Positions 48,510-58,171 of a stretch of DNA of 64,000 nucleotides are shown in pieces (the first letter of the stretch is position 1; the number at the start of each line of letters is the position of its first letter). Under the pieces are notes generated by a model. That model made no database searches, had not been told where the DNA came from, and saw nothing but the letters and a program-made list of their open reading frames with translations. The position numbers and the translations under genes were made by a program. Location of the stretch: contig JAXMHI010000010.1 in assembly GCA_046346885.1 (NCBI GenBank), forward strand, positions 56,632 to 120,631. The letters are read 5' to 3'. Source of the stretch: a bacterium (GTDB lineage Bacteria > UBA10199 > JADFYH01).

Positions 48510-48842
48510 TCACCGTCGGCGGAACAAGAGCACCCCAAGCGCCAAAACGGCGAAACTTGCCGCCGAATACACCAGCAGGCAAACGAAAGATGTCTTCCAA
48601 CTTACTTCGCGCCCGTCAGGACAAAAGAAATGGCGCGTGGTGGCGTATTGCCCGGGAGACGGGTGATAATGGGACGATTGCACCTGAAGCTCTCCCACGC
48701 AAAGGAAAGGGCCGGCCACCTTGCCGACGGCGGGAAACAAGGCGAGCCCGGCGGTGGCCGCCATGAAGCCGACGAAGAGGGCGACGAGGATCGCCGTCCT
48801 CCAACCGAAGTTGTCGCGAATATACTGAAGGTTAGGGTTCAT
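48510..48842 (-). CDS. Hypothetical 2-TM membrane protein
   Basis: 110-aa ORF directly following the stop of the upstream gene (48843). It has two hydrophobic helices. Confidence 0.45.
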   Translation of the reverse strand: MNPNLQYIRDNFGWRTAILVALFVGFMAATAGLALFPAVGKVAGPFLCVGELQVQSSHYHPSPGQYATTRHFFCPDGREVSWKTSFVCLLVYSAASFAVLALGVLLFRRR

Positions 48843-49718
48843 TTAAGGCAGCCAGAACTGCACTCGCTCGACAAGCTTTCCCGTCCAGGCATTGACGTCG
48901 CCGCCGCAATGGCTGTTGCACGCGGGATCGGTGAAGAAGCCGCTGTCGGCTTTGATCTTCGGGTCTCCGATGCGGTCGATCAGTGCCTTGCCGTTGTAGT
49001 CTCCTTCGGGGTTGCCCGAGCAGTTGAGGCTGAAGATGGGAATCTTTAAATTCTTTGCATCGTAATCGCCCGTCGCGCCGCAGGCGGCAAGAAGGCCTCG
49101 GGTGTCGGCGAGCGTTCTGCTGAAACCGACGTTGGTGAGCAGCGAATAGGAAGCGTAAGAAACGCCGCCCGTCAGGGTCTTGGCGCGGCTTAAGCCGTTG
49201 CCATAGGTCGCGATGATTGCGTTGGCCACGTTGCTCATGTCGGCGGCCAGCATTTCACTGTTGTCGTTCCAAGATTTGCCGTTGTCGTTGGGTACGAGCG
49301 GCGGCTGATCTCGGTAAGCGACGATGGCGGCCACATAGCCCAGCTTGGCTAATTCGTTCGCCAGGTTATTTTCGAGGGGATCGTCCAAGCTGCCGGGGGT
49401 AGGATCGTTCTCGTCGTTTCCGCTTCCGAGCAGGATGAGGCCCTTGCGGTTGGTGCCGTTGGCGTCTTGTTGGAGGTAAATCTTGTAGGAAATCGTGCCC
49501 GCCTTTTCCACCCGATTGACGACACCTCCCGACGCGGAAGGAGTATTTCCCTGAGGAGAAGAATTATTCGGATTATTGTTGTTTGTTTGCGGGGCTCCCC
49601 CCGTATTGGCTCCCCCGCCCGTCGTATCGGAGGTTTTATCGGAAGAACTGCACGCGGCGAGCAGGAAGAAGGTTAAAAAAACAGATCCAAGGAAAAAGGG
49701 ATGAAATGCTTTTTTCAT
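48843..49718 (-). CDS. Hypothetical lipoprotein (possibly hydrolase-like)
   Basis: ATG at 49718 (MKKAFHPFFLGSVFLTFFLLAACSS). Low-complexity Gly/Asn linker, then a globular domain. Family uncertain. Confidence 0.5.
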   Translation of the reverse strand: MKKAFHPFFLGSVFLTFFLLAACSSSDKTSDTTGGGANTGGAPQTNNNNPNNSSPQGNTPSASGGVVNRVEKAGTISYKIYLQQDANGTNRKGLILLGSGNDENDPTPGSLDDPLENNLANELAKLGYVAAIVAYRDQPPLVPNDNGKSWNDNSEMLAADMSNVANAIIATYGNGLSRAKTLTGGVSYASYSLLTNVGFSRTLADTRGLLAACGATGDYDAKNLKIPIFSLNCSGNPEGDYNGKALIDRIGDPKIKADSGFFTDPACNSHCGGDVNAWTGKLVERVQFWLP

Positions 49719-49853
49719 AATACCTAGCATTATAAACTTAAGCACAAAATAATGCGATACTAGAATTTTAGCCTTTTCACCTTAAAAGGCGGAGATTTCG
49801 GGGATTATCTTCTGTTCATACAGATTCAGGACGTTTTCTTGGTTCATCCCTCA

Positions 49854-50900
49854 TTAGAAAGATTGTACGTCCCGAATAAAAGGATTCAAGAAATCTCTTA
49901 GCCTCCATGTGGGGGTCTCCCGGATCATGCTCCCGGGAAGGGCATCATCCCCTAGATGGTCGCGCATCTCCCTCAAACTTTGCTGGTACTCGGGGCTGGC
50001 CGTCTCTCCCGAAGCGTCGTCTTCTCGGATGATCCTCAAAAGACTCCCCACGACGCGGTTTCGATGGAGGTCGAAACGCATCCGCAACACTTCGTTTTCC
50101 GGGCCTAAACTCGACGCGATCTGGGCGAGATAGTGCAAGTGTTCCATTTTTTGGAGGATATCAAAGGGGCGTCCCGCACCTCTCACAATGCTCCGCTCTA
50201 CTGAAAGAGAAGTCTCGGGATGGCTCTGCTGTTCATCCCACAATTCCACGTTATGCACGATCTCTTGCGCCGCAAAACTCTGCGTCCTCTCCTCGACGGC
50301 GGCCCGATCGTAGGGAATGGACTCTCTGTCCATCCAAGTCTCCAGCGTTTGAATTTCAGAAAAGTGGCGAACGGCTTTGGCGGCGTGGCTATAAAGACTT
50401 AGGCAACCGCACAACCCCATCAAAAAACGATTGAAGGACAGCTGAACGGGAATACCGGCCAAGCGCGCTTGCTCCAGCGCAGGCTGAAGGTAGGAAATCA
50501 TCGACTCGCCTTGCCCTTCGGCCAGCAGATCGGGGTCCGGCGCTTGAAGAAGGGCGTGAAACGCCGCTTCGTCGTGCATGTTCAGGGGCTGTCTTAATTT
50601 CTCCCGCGGATCGAGATGGGCGCGAGACGTGGCCTTCTGCAAAAGGCGGGAAAACTCCGCCGCGGGACCTAAATTGCGTATCATGCCTAGGGATTTTACA
50701 CCTAAATTCGCCGATAAAATTTTGAGAGCCGGGTCACTGGGGTCGATCACCGTGGAACTCGCCGGCGTCGGGGAAGCCGAGGGCCCATGCGCCAAGGTTT
50801 CCAAACGAAGCCCATCGCCCTCGTTAAAACGATGGTCTTCGTTTCGATCTTCGACGACCACGCTTGATAAACTGGATAATTGAAATCGATATTCGGTCAT
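49854..50900 (-). CDS. Hypothetical cytoplasmic protein (orphan)
   Basis: 348-aa ORF with no signal peptide or TM helix and no motif I recognise. Confidence 0.5.
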   Translation of the reverse strand: MTEYRFQLSSLSSVVVEDRNEDHRFNEGDGLRLETLAHGPSASPTPASSTVIDPSDPALKILSANLGVKSLGMIRNLGPAAEFSRLLQKATSRAHLDPREKLRQPLNMHDEAAFHALLQAPDPDLLAEGQGESMISYLQPALEQARLAGIPVQLSFNRFLMGLCGCLSLYSHAAKAVRHFSEIQTLETWMDRESIPYDRAAVEERTQSFAAQEIVHNVELWDEQQSHPETSLSVERSIVRGAGRPFDILQKMEHLHYLAQIASSLGPENEVLRMRFDLHRNRVVGSLLRIIREDDASGETASPEYQQSLREMRDHLGDDALPGSMIRETPTWRLRDFLNPFIRDVQSF

Positions 50901-51282
50901 CTCCCCTCCTTGCGCTTTTACTTCAGCAAAGAGGGTGCCAGAAAAACTTCAACTAACTATTTAAGTTATCTATTGTTTTTAAACCGATTCTTTTTAAGGG
51001 GTTCCCTTTTAATTTTATATACATATTTTTTTATCATTTTCTAAAATTGGACTTCTCGAAATAAATTATAAAAGACCCAACCACTTCGAGAGAGGTTCCA
51101 CAAATAGCAAAACCCATTCTTGATTAGTCCTTCACTCGCTCCCCACTCGGCTGCGCACTCTGTCCTCTTTTGCCCCTGACTCACTCGAGGTGAAAGCGTT
51201 AAGGCTCCCGCCCTTGGGAGGCTGCTTTCTCTCGCGTACACTCGCTTGAAAAAGAGACAGGCGCACCCCGGCGTTTCTTGGG

Positions 51283-51315
51283 TTACTTTCTTTTTGCTGA
51301 AGAAAAGAAAGTGAC
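51283..51315. repeat. Hairpin inside a ~240-nt non-coding repeat-like tract
   Basis: gttactttctttt tgctgaag aaaagaaagtgac is a 13-bp stem with one G-T pair. The surrounding 51100-51345 translates to the artefact-like peptide FSKKKVTQETPG... (tracked ORF 51041..51343). Confidence 0.5.
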
Positions 51316-51382
51316 CCCGCCGCCCGGGCAGGGCAAATTTCAATAAAAATTGAACGAGGAAGAACTCCGAGAAAAGAAAAAC

Positions 51383-52030
51383 CTACCCCGGAAACAAATG
51401 AAAATAAGGCTGCGCCTCTTGAAGCACGCGGGCAAAGGAAGGCCGAGCTTTCAACCGCTCAAGATAAGATGCGACATTCGGATAAGGCTTGCCGAGCGGC
51501 ACAAATTTATCCGCATAAAACAACGCCGGTGCCGCCGCACAATCGGCCAGGGTGAACGCCTCCCCCATTACCCAAGTCTTGCCGTTCATATGCCGCTCGA
51601 TCATTCCCAGCGCCGTCTCGAGCCGCGCCTTGGCTTGCTGCACGCCGAGCGCATCTTTCTGCCCTTCCGGCCTCATCTTATCGAACACCATCTTCTGCAT
51701 GGGCTCGTGCACGTACAAATCGTAGAAGCGGTCATGAAAGCGCGTTTGCCGGCAAACATCGGGGTCGGAAGGTAAAAACCGCACCTTACCCGGATAGTGC
51801 TGATCTAAATACTCGAGGATGATGCTCGACTCGGGCACCATCGCGTCTCTCATCTCGTCGCGCAATACGGGGAATTTCCCCAACGGCCAAATTTGCAAGA
51901 AAGCTTTTCTGGATTTTTCTTCCATTAGGTCGACAAGTTGAGGCTCGAAGGGGGTTTGGTTTTCGTAAAGGGCGATGAGGACCTTCCAGCAATAGGAGGA
52001 TAGAGGGTGATAGTAGAGTTTAAGGGACAT
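51383..52030 (-). CDS. Glutathione S-transferase family protein
   Basis: ATG at 52030 (MSLKLYYHPLSSYCWKV, AAGGAAG upstream). FPVL..ESS.ILEYLD. Helical C-domain. Confidence 0.8.
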   Translation of the reverse strand: MSLKLYYHPLSSYCWKVLIALYENQTPFEPQLVDLMEEKSRKAFLQIWPLGKFPVLRDEMRDAMVPESSIILEYLDQHYPGKVRFLPSDPDVCRQTRFHDRFYDLYVHEPMQKMVFDKMRPEGQKDALGVQQAKARLETALGMIERHMNGKTWVMGEAFTLADCAAAPALFYADKFVPLGKPYPNVASYLERLKARPSFARVLQEAQPYFHLFPG

Positions 52031-52112
52031 GGATTCTTCCTTTCTCAAGTGCGCCAAGGCAAGTTGACTTCCATTGATAGAATTGCGGCCGCCTTCCCCG
52101 GCGCCGACTTTC

Positions 52113-52877
52113 TTACTCCACGTTGATTCCCGCCAGGTTTTTCAAGAACGATTTCGCCAACTCCCTCGCCTGCTTTTGAGCCGCCGGGTCATTTTGCATC
52201 CCGCCTTTCGTATAAATGGCATCCATTGAGGCGGCGGTGAGAATGAGAGATTCGCTCAAAATCTGTTTTTGCCGCTCCGGATAACTCCTGAACTGCGGCG
52301 AGTTTGCCAAGGTGTTGTTGTAGTAGTTCACCAGCGAGGCGATTTCATCCCCCGAAACCGGCCGCCCGCCGACGATCTGCTGGCTCGTCGCGACGATGAA
52401 GGCGAAGGAGTTGGCGAGGTTGTTTTTGCGGAACTTCGTTTCCACCACCGCCAAGGTTTGATTATACATGTTTCGGATGGCTTCTTTCTGGTCCGGCGGC
52501 AAATTGGGCATTCCCTCCACGAGTTGATCCGGCACGATGCGATTGGGAGAAGGAGTAAAATCCGTCGCCGTAATCGGATATTGCGGGGGGAGCGGCGGCG
52601 GGGCCATCGTTCCCGTATTGGGCGGAGGATAAGAGGGATTATAAGAAGGCGTACTCGAAGAATGGGCCGGGCCGGAACCTAATTTTTGTCCTCGATGCAA
52701 GGTGTCGTAATAACTATTCTGACTGATCGAAAGACTTTTGCTGGCGAAACTAATCGTATTATACATGTTGCCCAAGGAGCCGGCGTATTGAGCGATCGCA
52801 CCGGGGGCCCATGCCAGCACTGCCATGAGGCTTGCCCATCCCAGTAAGAGTTGGGGAGTGAGATATCGCTTTTTCAT
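52113..52877 (-). CDS. Secreted hypothetical protein with Pro-rich linker
   Basis: 254-aa ORF with signal peptide ending AIAQ and a PSYNPSYPPPNTGTMAPPPLPPQYP linker. Confidence 0.5.
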   Translation of the reverse strand: MKKRYLTPQLLLGWASLMAVLAWAPGAIAQYAGSLGNMYNTISFASKSLSISQNSYYDTLHRGQKLGSGPAHSSSTPSYNPSYPPPNTGTMAPPPLPPQYPITATDFTPSPNRIVPDQLVEGMPNLPPDQKEAIRNMYNQTLAVVETKFRKNNLANSFAFIVATSQQIVGGRPVSGDEIASLVNYYNNTLANSPQFRSYPERQKQILSESLILTAASMDAIYTKGGMQNDPAAQKQARELAKSFLKNLAGINVE

Positions 52878-53079
52878 AACCCCTCCTTATTTATTTTCGG
52901 GCCATTTTAACTCCTCCTCATTTCTCTTACCAGCCAATCCTACATTTACTTTTTAGACGGATTCAGGCACACCCCGACGCGAACGAACGCCCTCTTATCG
53001 ATCTTCTTCGCTTCTAGATATGGCACTTCTTCCGTGTTTGAGCGTTCAACTTTTAAAGCGCGACGCTCCCGTTCGAAAA

Positions 53080-53487
53080 TTAATTGGGAAGGGCCAGGCG
53101 GCATGAAACGTGGTCATCCGAGGAGAAATCGACGAAATAAGGGCCCGCGGTGGCGTTCAAAGCGCCGGAAACGGTGAGGAGGTATCGATCCGGATTGTTC
53201 ATGGCGAGCAAGGCGGCCTTTTCACAGAACTCCACGATCGACCGATGGTTGGGATTGGAAAGGTTCATCTTCTTGAAGATGACGGCGATGGGGCCGTCCT
53301 TGGATTTTCCGTTGATGGTCATCTCGTAACTTCCCGTTCCGGTGGGGTCATTTTCATGCAATACAAAGTTGACCGAGCTGAAATACAAGGGGCCCGACGG
53401 GCTTTGCACCGCGAAAGAGGAGCTTGCCCCCAACACGCAGGCGGCGAAAACTAATTTCAGAAGAAATCGACGAAAAAACGAATGCAT
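53080..53487 (-). CDS. Secreted hypothetical protein
   Basis: 135-aa ORF with signal peptide ending SSFA. Confidence 0.5.
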   Translation of the reverse strand: MHSFFRRFLLKLVFAACVLGASSSFAVQSPSGPLYFSSVNFVLHENDPTGTGSYEMTINGKSKDGPIAVIFKKMNLSNPNHRSIVEFCEKAALLAMNNPDRYLLTVSGALNATAGPYFVDFSSDDHVSCRLALPN

Positions 53488-53496
53488 GCTTCCTCC

Positions 53497-53850
53497 TTAA
53501 TTCGTAATCAACCAAAAGGAAAGATCCTCATTCCCCACCATAGGCCTCGCAACGGCCGGACTTTGAAGGACCCCACTCACACTTACCTTCGCCAATCCAT
53601 TTTTCCCACCCTCCTCCGCTTCTTGTGCGGGTTTATTTCCGTTTTCTTCCTCCGCGGGTAAATTCGGCTCCTCTACGCTTTTAGTCGGTTGAAGATTTTG
53701 ATTTTGATTTTGATTTTGGATTTGAACCTGGGCTTGAGTGTGAACCTCGGCGGGAGCTTCACTTTCAGAATCCGAACGATTCTGTTGAGTGCAGGCAAGA
53801 ACCCCCAAGAGAAGAAAGCCGGACATGATCCAAGAGAAATAGCGCCCCAT
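53497..53850 (-). CDS. Hypothetical lipoprotein with (QN)n repeat
   Basis: Lipobox LGVLACT. QIQNQNQNQNLQ is encoded by a hexanucleotide tandem repeat. Confidence 0.5.
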   Translation of the reverse strand: MGRYFSWIMSGFLLLGVLACTQQNRSDSESEAPAEVHTQAQVQIQNQNQNQNLQPTKSVEEPNLPAEEENGNKPAQEAEEGGKNGLAKVSVSGVLQSPAVARPMVGNEDLSFWLITN

Positions 53851-53958
53851 ACTTTAGAAATGATAAATCAATTTTCAAAAGAAGAAAACGCTTACCTGAG
53901 GTTTATTCATTTAATTATTTAAAACTAATGAAAAAAATGAAAAACCTGAAAGCGACAA

Positions 53959-54972
53959 TTACTCCCATATCCGAAACAAGCGTTCGAAAAACCAAAAGGC
54001 CGAAAGGGATCCGATGAAATAGGCGGGAAAGACCGTTTTCTTCAAAAACAGCGGCAAGGGGATGTTTCGCGCTAGCCTTTTCGCCGTCAAAAGAACTCCG
54101 ATAAAGAGTAATTGGCCGCATTCGATGCCCAGGTTGAAGGAAAAGAGCGACCAGGGAATCTCCCCCGCCGGCAATCCCACCTGCGCCAAGGCGCCGGCGA
54201 AACCCAATCCGTGCAATAGACCGAAAGAAGCGGCCATGCCCCAGGGATAGCGGCGGAAAAAATCGGCTTTTTTCTCGGGGGATCGGATGAGCTCCACCGC
54301 CAACACGAGAATGCTCAAGGCAATCAAGGCTTCCACCGCCGCGGGGGAAACGGCAACCCACCCCAAAGCGGCGAGCGAAAGGGTGACGCTGTGCCCCAGC
54401 GTGAAGGCGGTGATCGTCCCCAGCAACCTTCTCCCTCCCCCCACGAGCAGAACCAATCCCATCACGAACAAGAGGTGATCCCAACCGGTCAAGATGTGCT
54501 CAACGCCTAAGCGCCAATAATTTTGAAACACCGCCCCCGCGCGTTCGCGCTCCGGCACCACGAAGAAGGGTTGCTCGCTTCCCAACACCCGTTGATACTT
54601 TCGGCCGTCCGCCAAGACGACGCGAAGGATGACGTCGGCCTTGCTGCCGGAAATGCCCGAGACCCCCACCCGGCTTCCCACAAGCGGCGCATCACAAGAA
54701 ATTTTCCAGCGCTCCAAACGGGCGGAGTCGAAATTACGGCTCTCCGTTTCGCCCGTGGCGAGGCATCCCGAGGGAAGCTCAACGCGAAGGGCTTCCCCGG
54801 GTATTTTCATCAGCGGCGTTTTCCATAACACTTCGGCATTGCCCGGGGTTTTCTCGATGATTTCCAACAACGAAGGCGCGAGCGGATGCGCCTCGCCCCG
54901 ACTCCCCGCAAAAAGAAGGAGAAGCGGAAAAAATAAATACCATCGGCACCGTCTCTTCTTTCGCTCCCTCAT
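53959..54972 (-). CDS. HupE/UreJ family metal transporter-like membrane protein with N-terminal periplasmic domain
   Basis: GWDHLLFVMGLVLL, TAFTLGHSVTLSLA, GLLHGLGFAGAL and NLGIECGQL blocks typical of HupE/UreJ. Confidence 0.7.
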   Translation of the reverse strand: MRERKKRRCRWYLFFPLLLLFAGSRGEAHPLAPSLLEIIEKTPGNAEVLWKTPLMKIPGEALRVELPSGCLATGETESRNFDSARLERWKISCDAPLVGSRVGVSGISGSKADVILRVVLADGRKYQRVLGSEQPFFVVPERERAGAVFQNYWRLGVEHILTGWDHLLFVMGLVLLVGGGRRLLGTITAFTLGHSVTLSLAALGWVAVSPAAVEALIALSILVLAVELIRSPEKKADFFRRYPWGMAASFGLLHGLGFAGALAQVGLPAGEIPWSLFSFNLGIECGQLLFIGVLLTAKRLARNIPLPLFLKKTVFPAYFIGSLSAFWFFERLFRIWE

Positions 54973-55988
54973 GTGCCCCCTCTCAAGCTCGTTCGATTTT
55001 CCGCATTTTCATCGCTCTCCACTCGAATGACGTATTTAGAGCGCAATTGCGCGAGGGTTTCCTTCAAACGGGCCGCTTCTCTCTCCTGCAGGAGAATTCC
55101 CCGAATTTGGTTGGCCACCGCCTCCAAAGGCTCCACCCGGGGGGGAGTGATTTGCTCCACCCACACCAAGTGCCAACCATAGCTCGAAGCCACGGGCCCC
55201 GCCCATTGGCGGGGTTTCAGATGAGACACTTCTTGAGCGAAGGAAGGGCCGAACAAACGGGATAAGGCGGAAGAGGAAAAAGCGGAAAAGCGATTTCCCT
55301 CCATGAAGGAATCCCCCCCGCCGACCGCCTGCGCGAGCGTCGTTTCCCCTTTTTCCAACTTTCTCAAAAGCTCTTTCGCCTCCTCCTCCCCTTTCGAACC
55401 GCGCCGATCGCGGCTGAAATAAATCTGGGTAAAGCTGAGTTCCGGAGCTTTCGTAAAATTTTCGGGATGCCGATCGAGATACGTTTGAAGTTCTTCCCCC
55501 GTCACCCGCGCCGGTTGATTGGGCGTGGGAACCTTGCGGGCGATGAGGGCCATGGTGGCGATCAAGTGGCGCCTCACCACGCGGTCGCTGCGGTTCAGCC
55601 CCCACTCGAGAGCCTTCCGGTATAAGACGGCATCGGAGGCCTTGGGATCTTCGCCGACAAATTTCGCCAATTGAATGAGGCGCCGTTTAACGCTGGGGTT
55701 GTTCCGGTCCAAATGCAGGTTCAGCGCCTCCCGGTAAAGAACTTCGTCGTCGATGGCCCCTTCGATCGCCGCCGCCGTTTGCGCGGGGACGGGGGGCACG
55801 CCCGTTTGAGAGAAAATATCCTTTTTTAATTCCTCGATCTGCGCCCTTCCGATGACGATCTCTTCCGGGGGCGCGGGGTGCCGCCACCGCTCGAAGCGCT
55901 CCCACGCGCGATTCGCGCCGAACAAGGCGGCGCCCATCAACAAAAAATGAAGAAGAGGCGATTTAAGAATCTTCGAAAAGGGTTTCAT
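54969..55988 (-). CDS. PpiC-type (parvulin) peptidyl-prolyl isomerase, periplasmic
   Basis: N-terminal TM/signal sequence and a helical chaperone-like region. The rotamase core ends ..GPVASSYGWHLVWV. 4-nt overlap with the HupE-like gene. Confidence 0.65.
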   Translation of the reverse strand: MKPFSKILKSPLLHFLLMGAALFGANRAWERFERWRHPAPPEEIVIGRAQIEELKKDIFSQTGVPPVPAQTAAAIEGAIDDEVLYREALNLHLDRNNPSVKRRLIQLAKFVGEDPKASDAVLYRKALEWGLNRSDRVVRRHLIATMALIARKVPTPNQPARVTGEELQTYLDRHPENFTKAPELSFTQIYFSRDRRGSKGEEEAKELLRKLEKGETTLAQAVGGGDSFMEGNRFSAFSSSALSRLFGPSFAQEVSHLKPRQWAGPVASSYGWHLVWVEQITPPRVEPLEAVANQIRGILLQEREAARLKETLAQLRSKYVIRVESDENAENRTSLRGGT

Positions 55989-55991
55989 GGC

Positions 55992-58082
55992 TCATTCGGA
56001 CGGCACGAACCAGATGGGAGAGGTCCAGGCCCTCTCTTGAATGGTTCTGGAAATAAAGGGAGAATTCGTCTCGTTGATGCAGCAATTGTCGAAAGGCGTT
56101 TCGCCGCTTTGAATCTCGCCTCTCGCCAAGGCCTGCGCGTTGGCGGCGGCGGCCTTCGCATGGCAATCGCTTTCCCCCAAATAAGGATCTACGCCAGCCG
56201 CTTTGCAGGCGAAGGTGCTCCACCGGCAGGTCAGGGTTTTCGAGAACCCGGGCGTAATAAAAGGCGGGCGGGCGGGATCGAAATTCTTATCCTCCCAAAC
56301 CGCGCATAATTCGTTGAATCCCGCGCTTAAGTTGGGCTCGCAGGTGTCGGTGTTAAGCTCGTTACCGGCGCTCGTCGTATTTCCGATCACGTCCGCCACC
56401 TCTTCGTGGGTTTGTCCGGCGGCATCCACCCATCCCTTGATGATTTGAATCCGCTGCAGCGGCGTGCCGGGGAGCGCTTCGCTTCCCGCGTCTTTCAAGG
56501 CGGAAACCAAAAAGCGGGGAGCGTCTCCCCTTCTCGGAGACGGAAGATCGGACCCCATGGGAACCCCTTGCGCATAGCCCACCGCCACGCGGTTGGGCAG
56601 GGAGCAAAGCCGATCGTCGGGAATGCCGAAGTTCCAGCCCCCGAAGAAACGCACGATGGGCCGCGTGCCGCTGGTGCCGTAGGTCTCTTTGCGGCGCATG
56701 GCGGAGAAAATGGAATCGCGGGAATTTTCCTCCGCCCACACCACGGCCAGACCGCCGGGGTTTAAGTTGATGCTGTCGATGCGGCGGGCGAAGGAGCCGT
56801 CGTCGGTGCCCGTGCCCCAGCCGGTGTCTTCGCGGGTGTTTCCGGGGTGCCGTTGTGGCTGTCCGTGCTGCCGGCGATCCCGTACTTGAAGGGGTTGACC
56901 CCGCCGTATTTGGGGGCCAGAGCCATGCCGTCTTTCAGGGCGTTTCGGATCATGTTGCGGGAGGAAATTCGTCGATGGGCACCGACGGGGAGCTGGGGTC
57001 TAAAATCGCCTTGGGGGATTGCTCGAAGGTGCAGAGCTCATCCACCGTTTGCACTCCCTTCTGCGCCAAGCGGTCGAAGCGGCATTCGAACCCGCTTTGT
57101 GCTGGAGGATCTCCACCAAAGGCTCGAAGGCGGCGCGGGTCTTCGCTTCGTTCTGGTCCTTCGGGTCGGGAAACATGCGGCCCGCGGGATCTTCGGGGTA
57201 GAGCCGAAGGTTGGCGTTGTGGGGGATGGTGAGCACGTCGCAACCGTTGCCCGCGTTCAGGCATTGGTCGGTCAACATTTGCCACAACACCGGCGGAAAA
57301 GGCCCTCCCGTCTCGATGTTCGAAATGGGGGCTTTCGCCACGCGGTCGTTTCGAAAAATCACGTTGCGGTGCAGATTGTCGAATTGCGGTTGGGGGGTAT
57401 ACTCGTAGGCGACGAAGGTGGTGAAGTTGCACGCCGAACTGCGGTCGTAATTCGCTTCGGCCGCCTCCTGCACCGTTTGCCAAATCGAAACGGCGGCGCC
57501 GTCGCAATCCACCCCCGGCGCGGCGCAAAACGGCAGGTGACCGGCGCCGTCGGGCCGCAAAGTGGGATTGAGGGCCCAAATTCCCGCGACCGTCAAAGGA
57601 TCCACCTCTCCCCCGGGGCCGGGATTGGGTTGTTCGGTCAACATCTGTTGGCAGGCGAGCGAATTGCTCCCCGGCGTGCCCGCGGCGGAACGGGTGCAAA
57701 TCTGCATTTCCCCGAAAAGCTCGGCGTGGTCGGTGACCGCGGTAAAATCCAAGGGCTTGTTGATTTGGGCGACCCGGCTTTGGGGTTCTCCCCCCACGGC
57801 CAAGGGCCCCGGCAAGGGCACCGCTTCCCCTTTGGCGAAACGATACGCCGCGAAGGGATCGTTGCGGGTGGAGAGCACGTACGCATCGAAAGAAAAAGAA
57901 GTGTGCACGTGGGTTTCGCCGAAGAAGGGCTGACGCAGGGGCTGGTAATTGCTGCAGGCCTCCCGCTGCTCGGTAACGGTGAAAGGCGGACTGGACGAAT
58001 GGTTACAGGCCGAAACGAAAAAAGGCGAAACCAGAAAAAAGAATAGAAACCTCCCCCTTACCCCTTTCCCCCGTCTTCTCAC
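55992..58082 (-). pseudogene. DUF3604 domain lipoprotein, split by three 1-nt frame shifts
   Basis: Likely GTG start at 58082 (VRRRGKGVRGRFLFFFLVSPFFVSAC). FFGETHVHTSFSFDAY is the family motif. Collinear continuation needs shifts near 57086-57090 (HKAGS|ECRFDRL), 56965-56970 (PIDE|..RNMIRNALKDG) and 56842-56848 (HNGTP|GNTREDTGWG..GGLAVVWAEENSRDSIF). Confidence 0.7.
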
Positions 58083-58171
58083 GCTCCCCCCTTTTTTTGG
58101 TGTGAAGATAGATTTTAAGGAGTGAGCACGGGGGCGGTAAAGCAAAATTTCATCCGAGTGCGGCCATCCGC

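Noticed and set aside
51041-51343. 100-aa ORF upstream of the second GST gene
   Set aside because: Its sequence is dominated by a palindromic repeat-like tract, and the peptide resembles known repeat-derived artefacts. I kept it as a repeat observation only.
53694-53717. CRISPR-like or other spaced repeat array
   Set aside because: This is a contiguous in-frame hexanucleotide microsatellite inside a CDS with no spacers. I saw no CRISPR array anywhere in the window.
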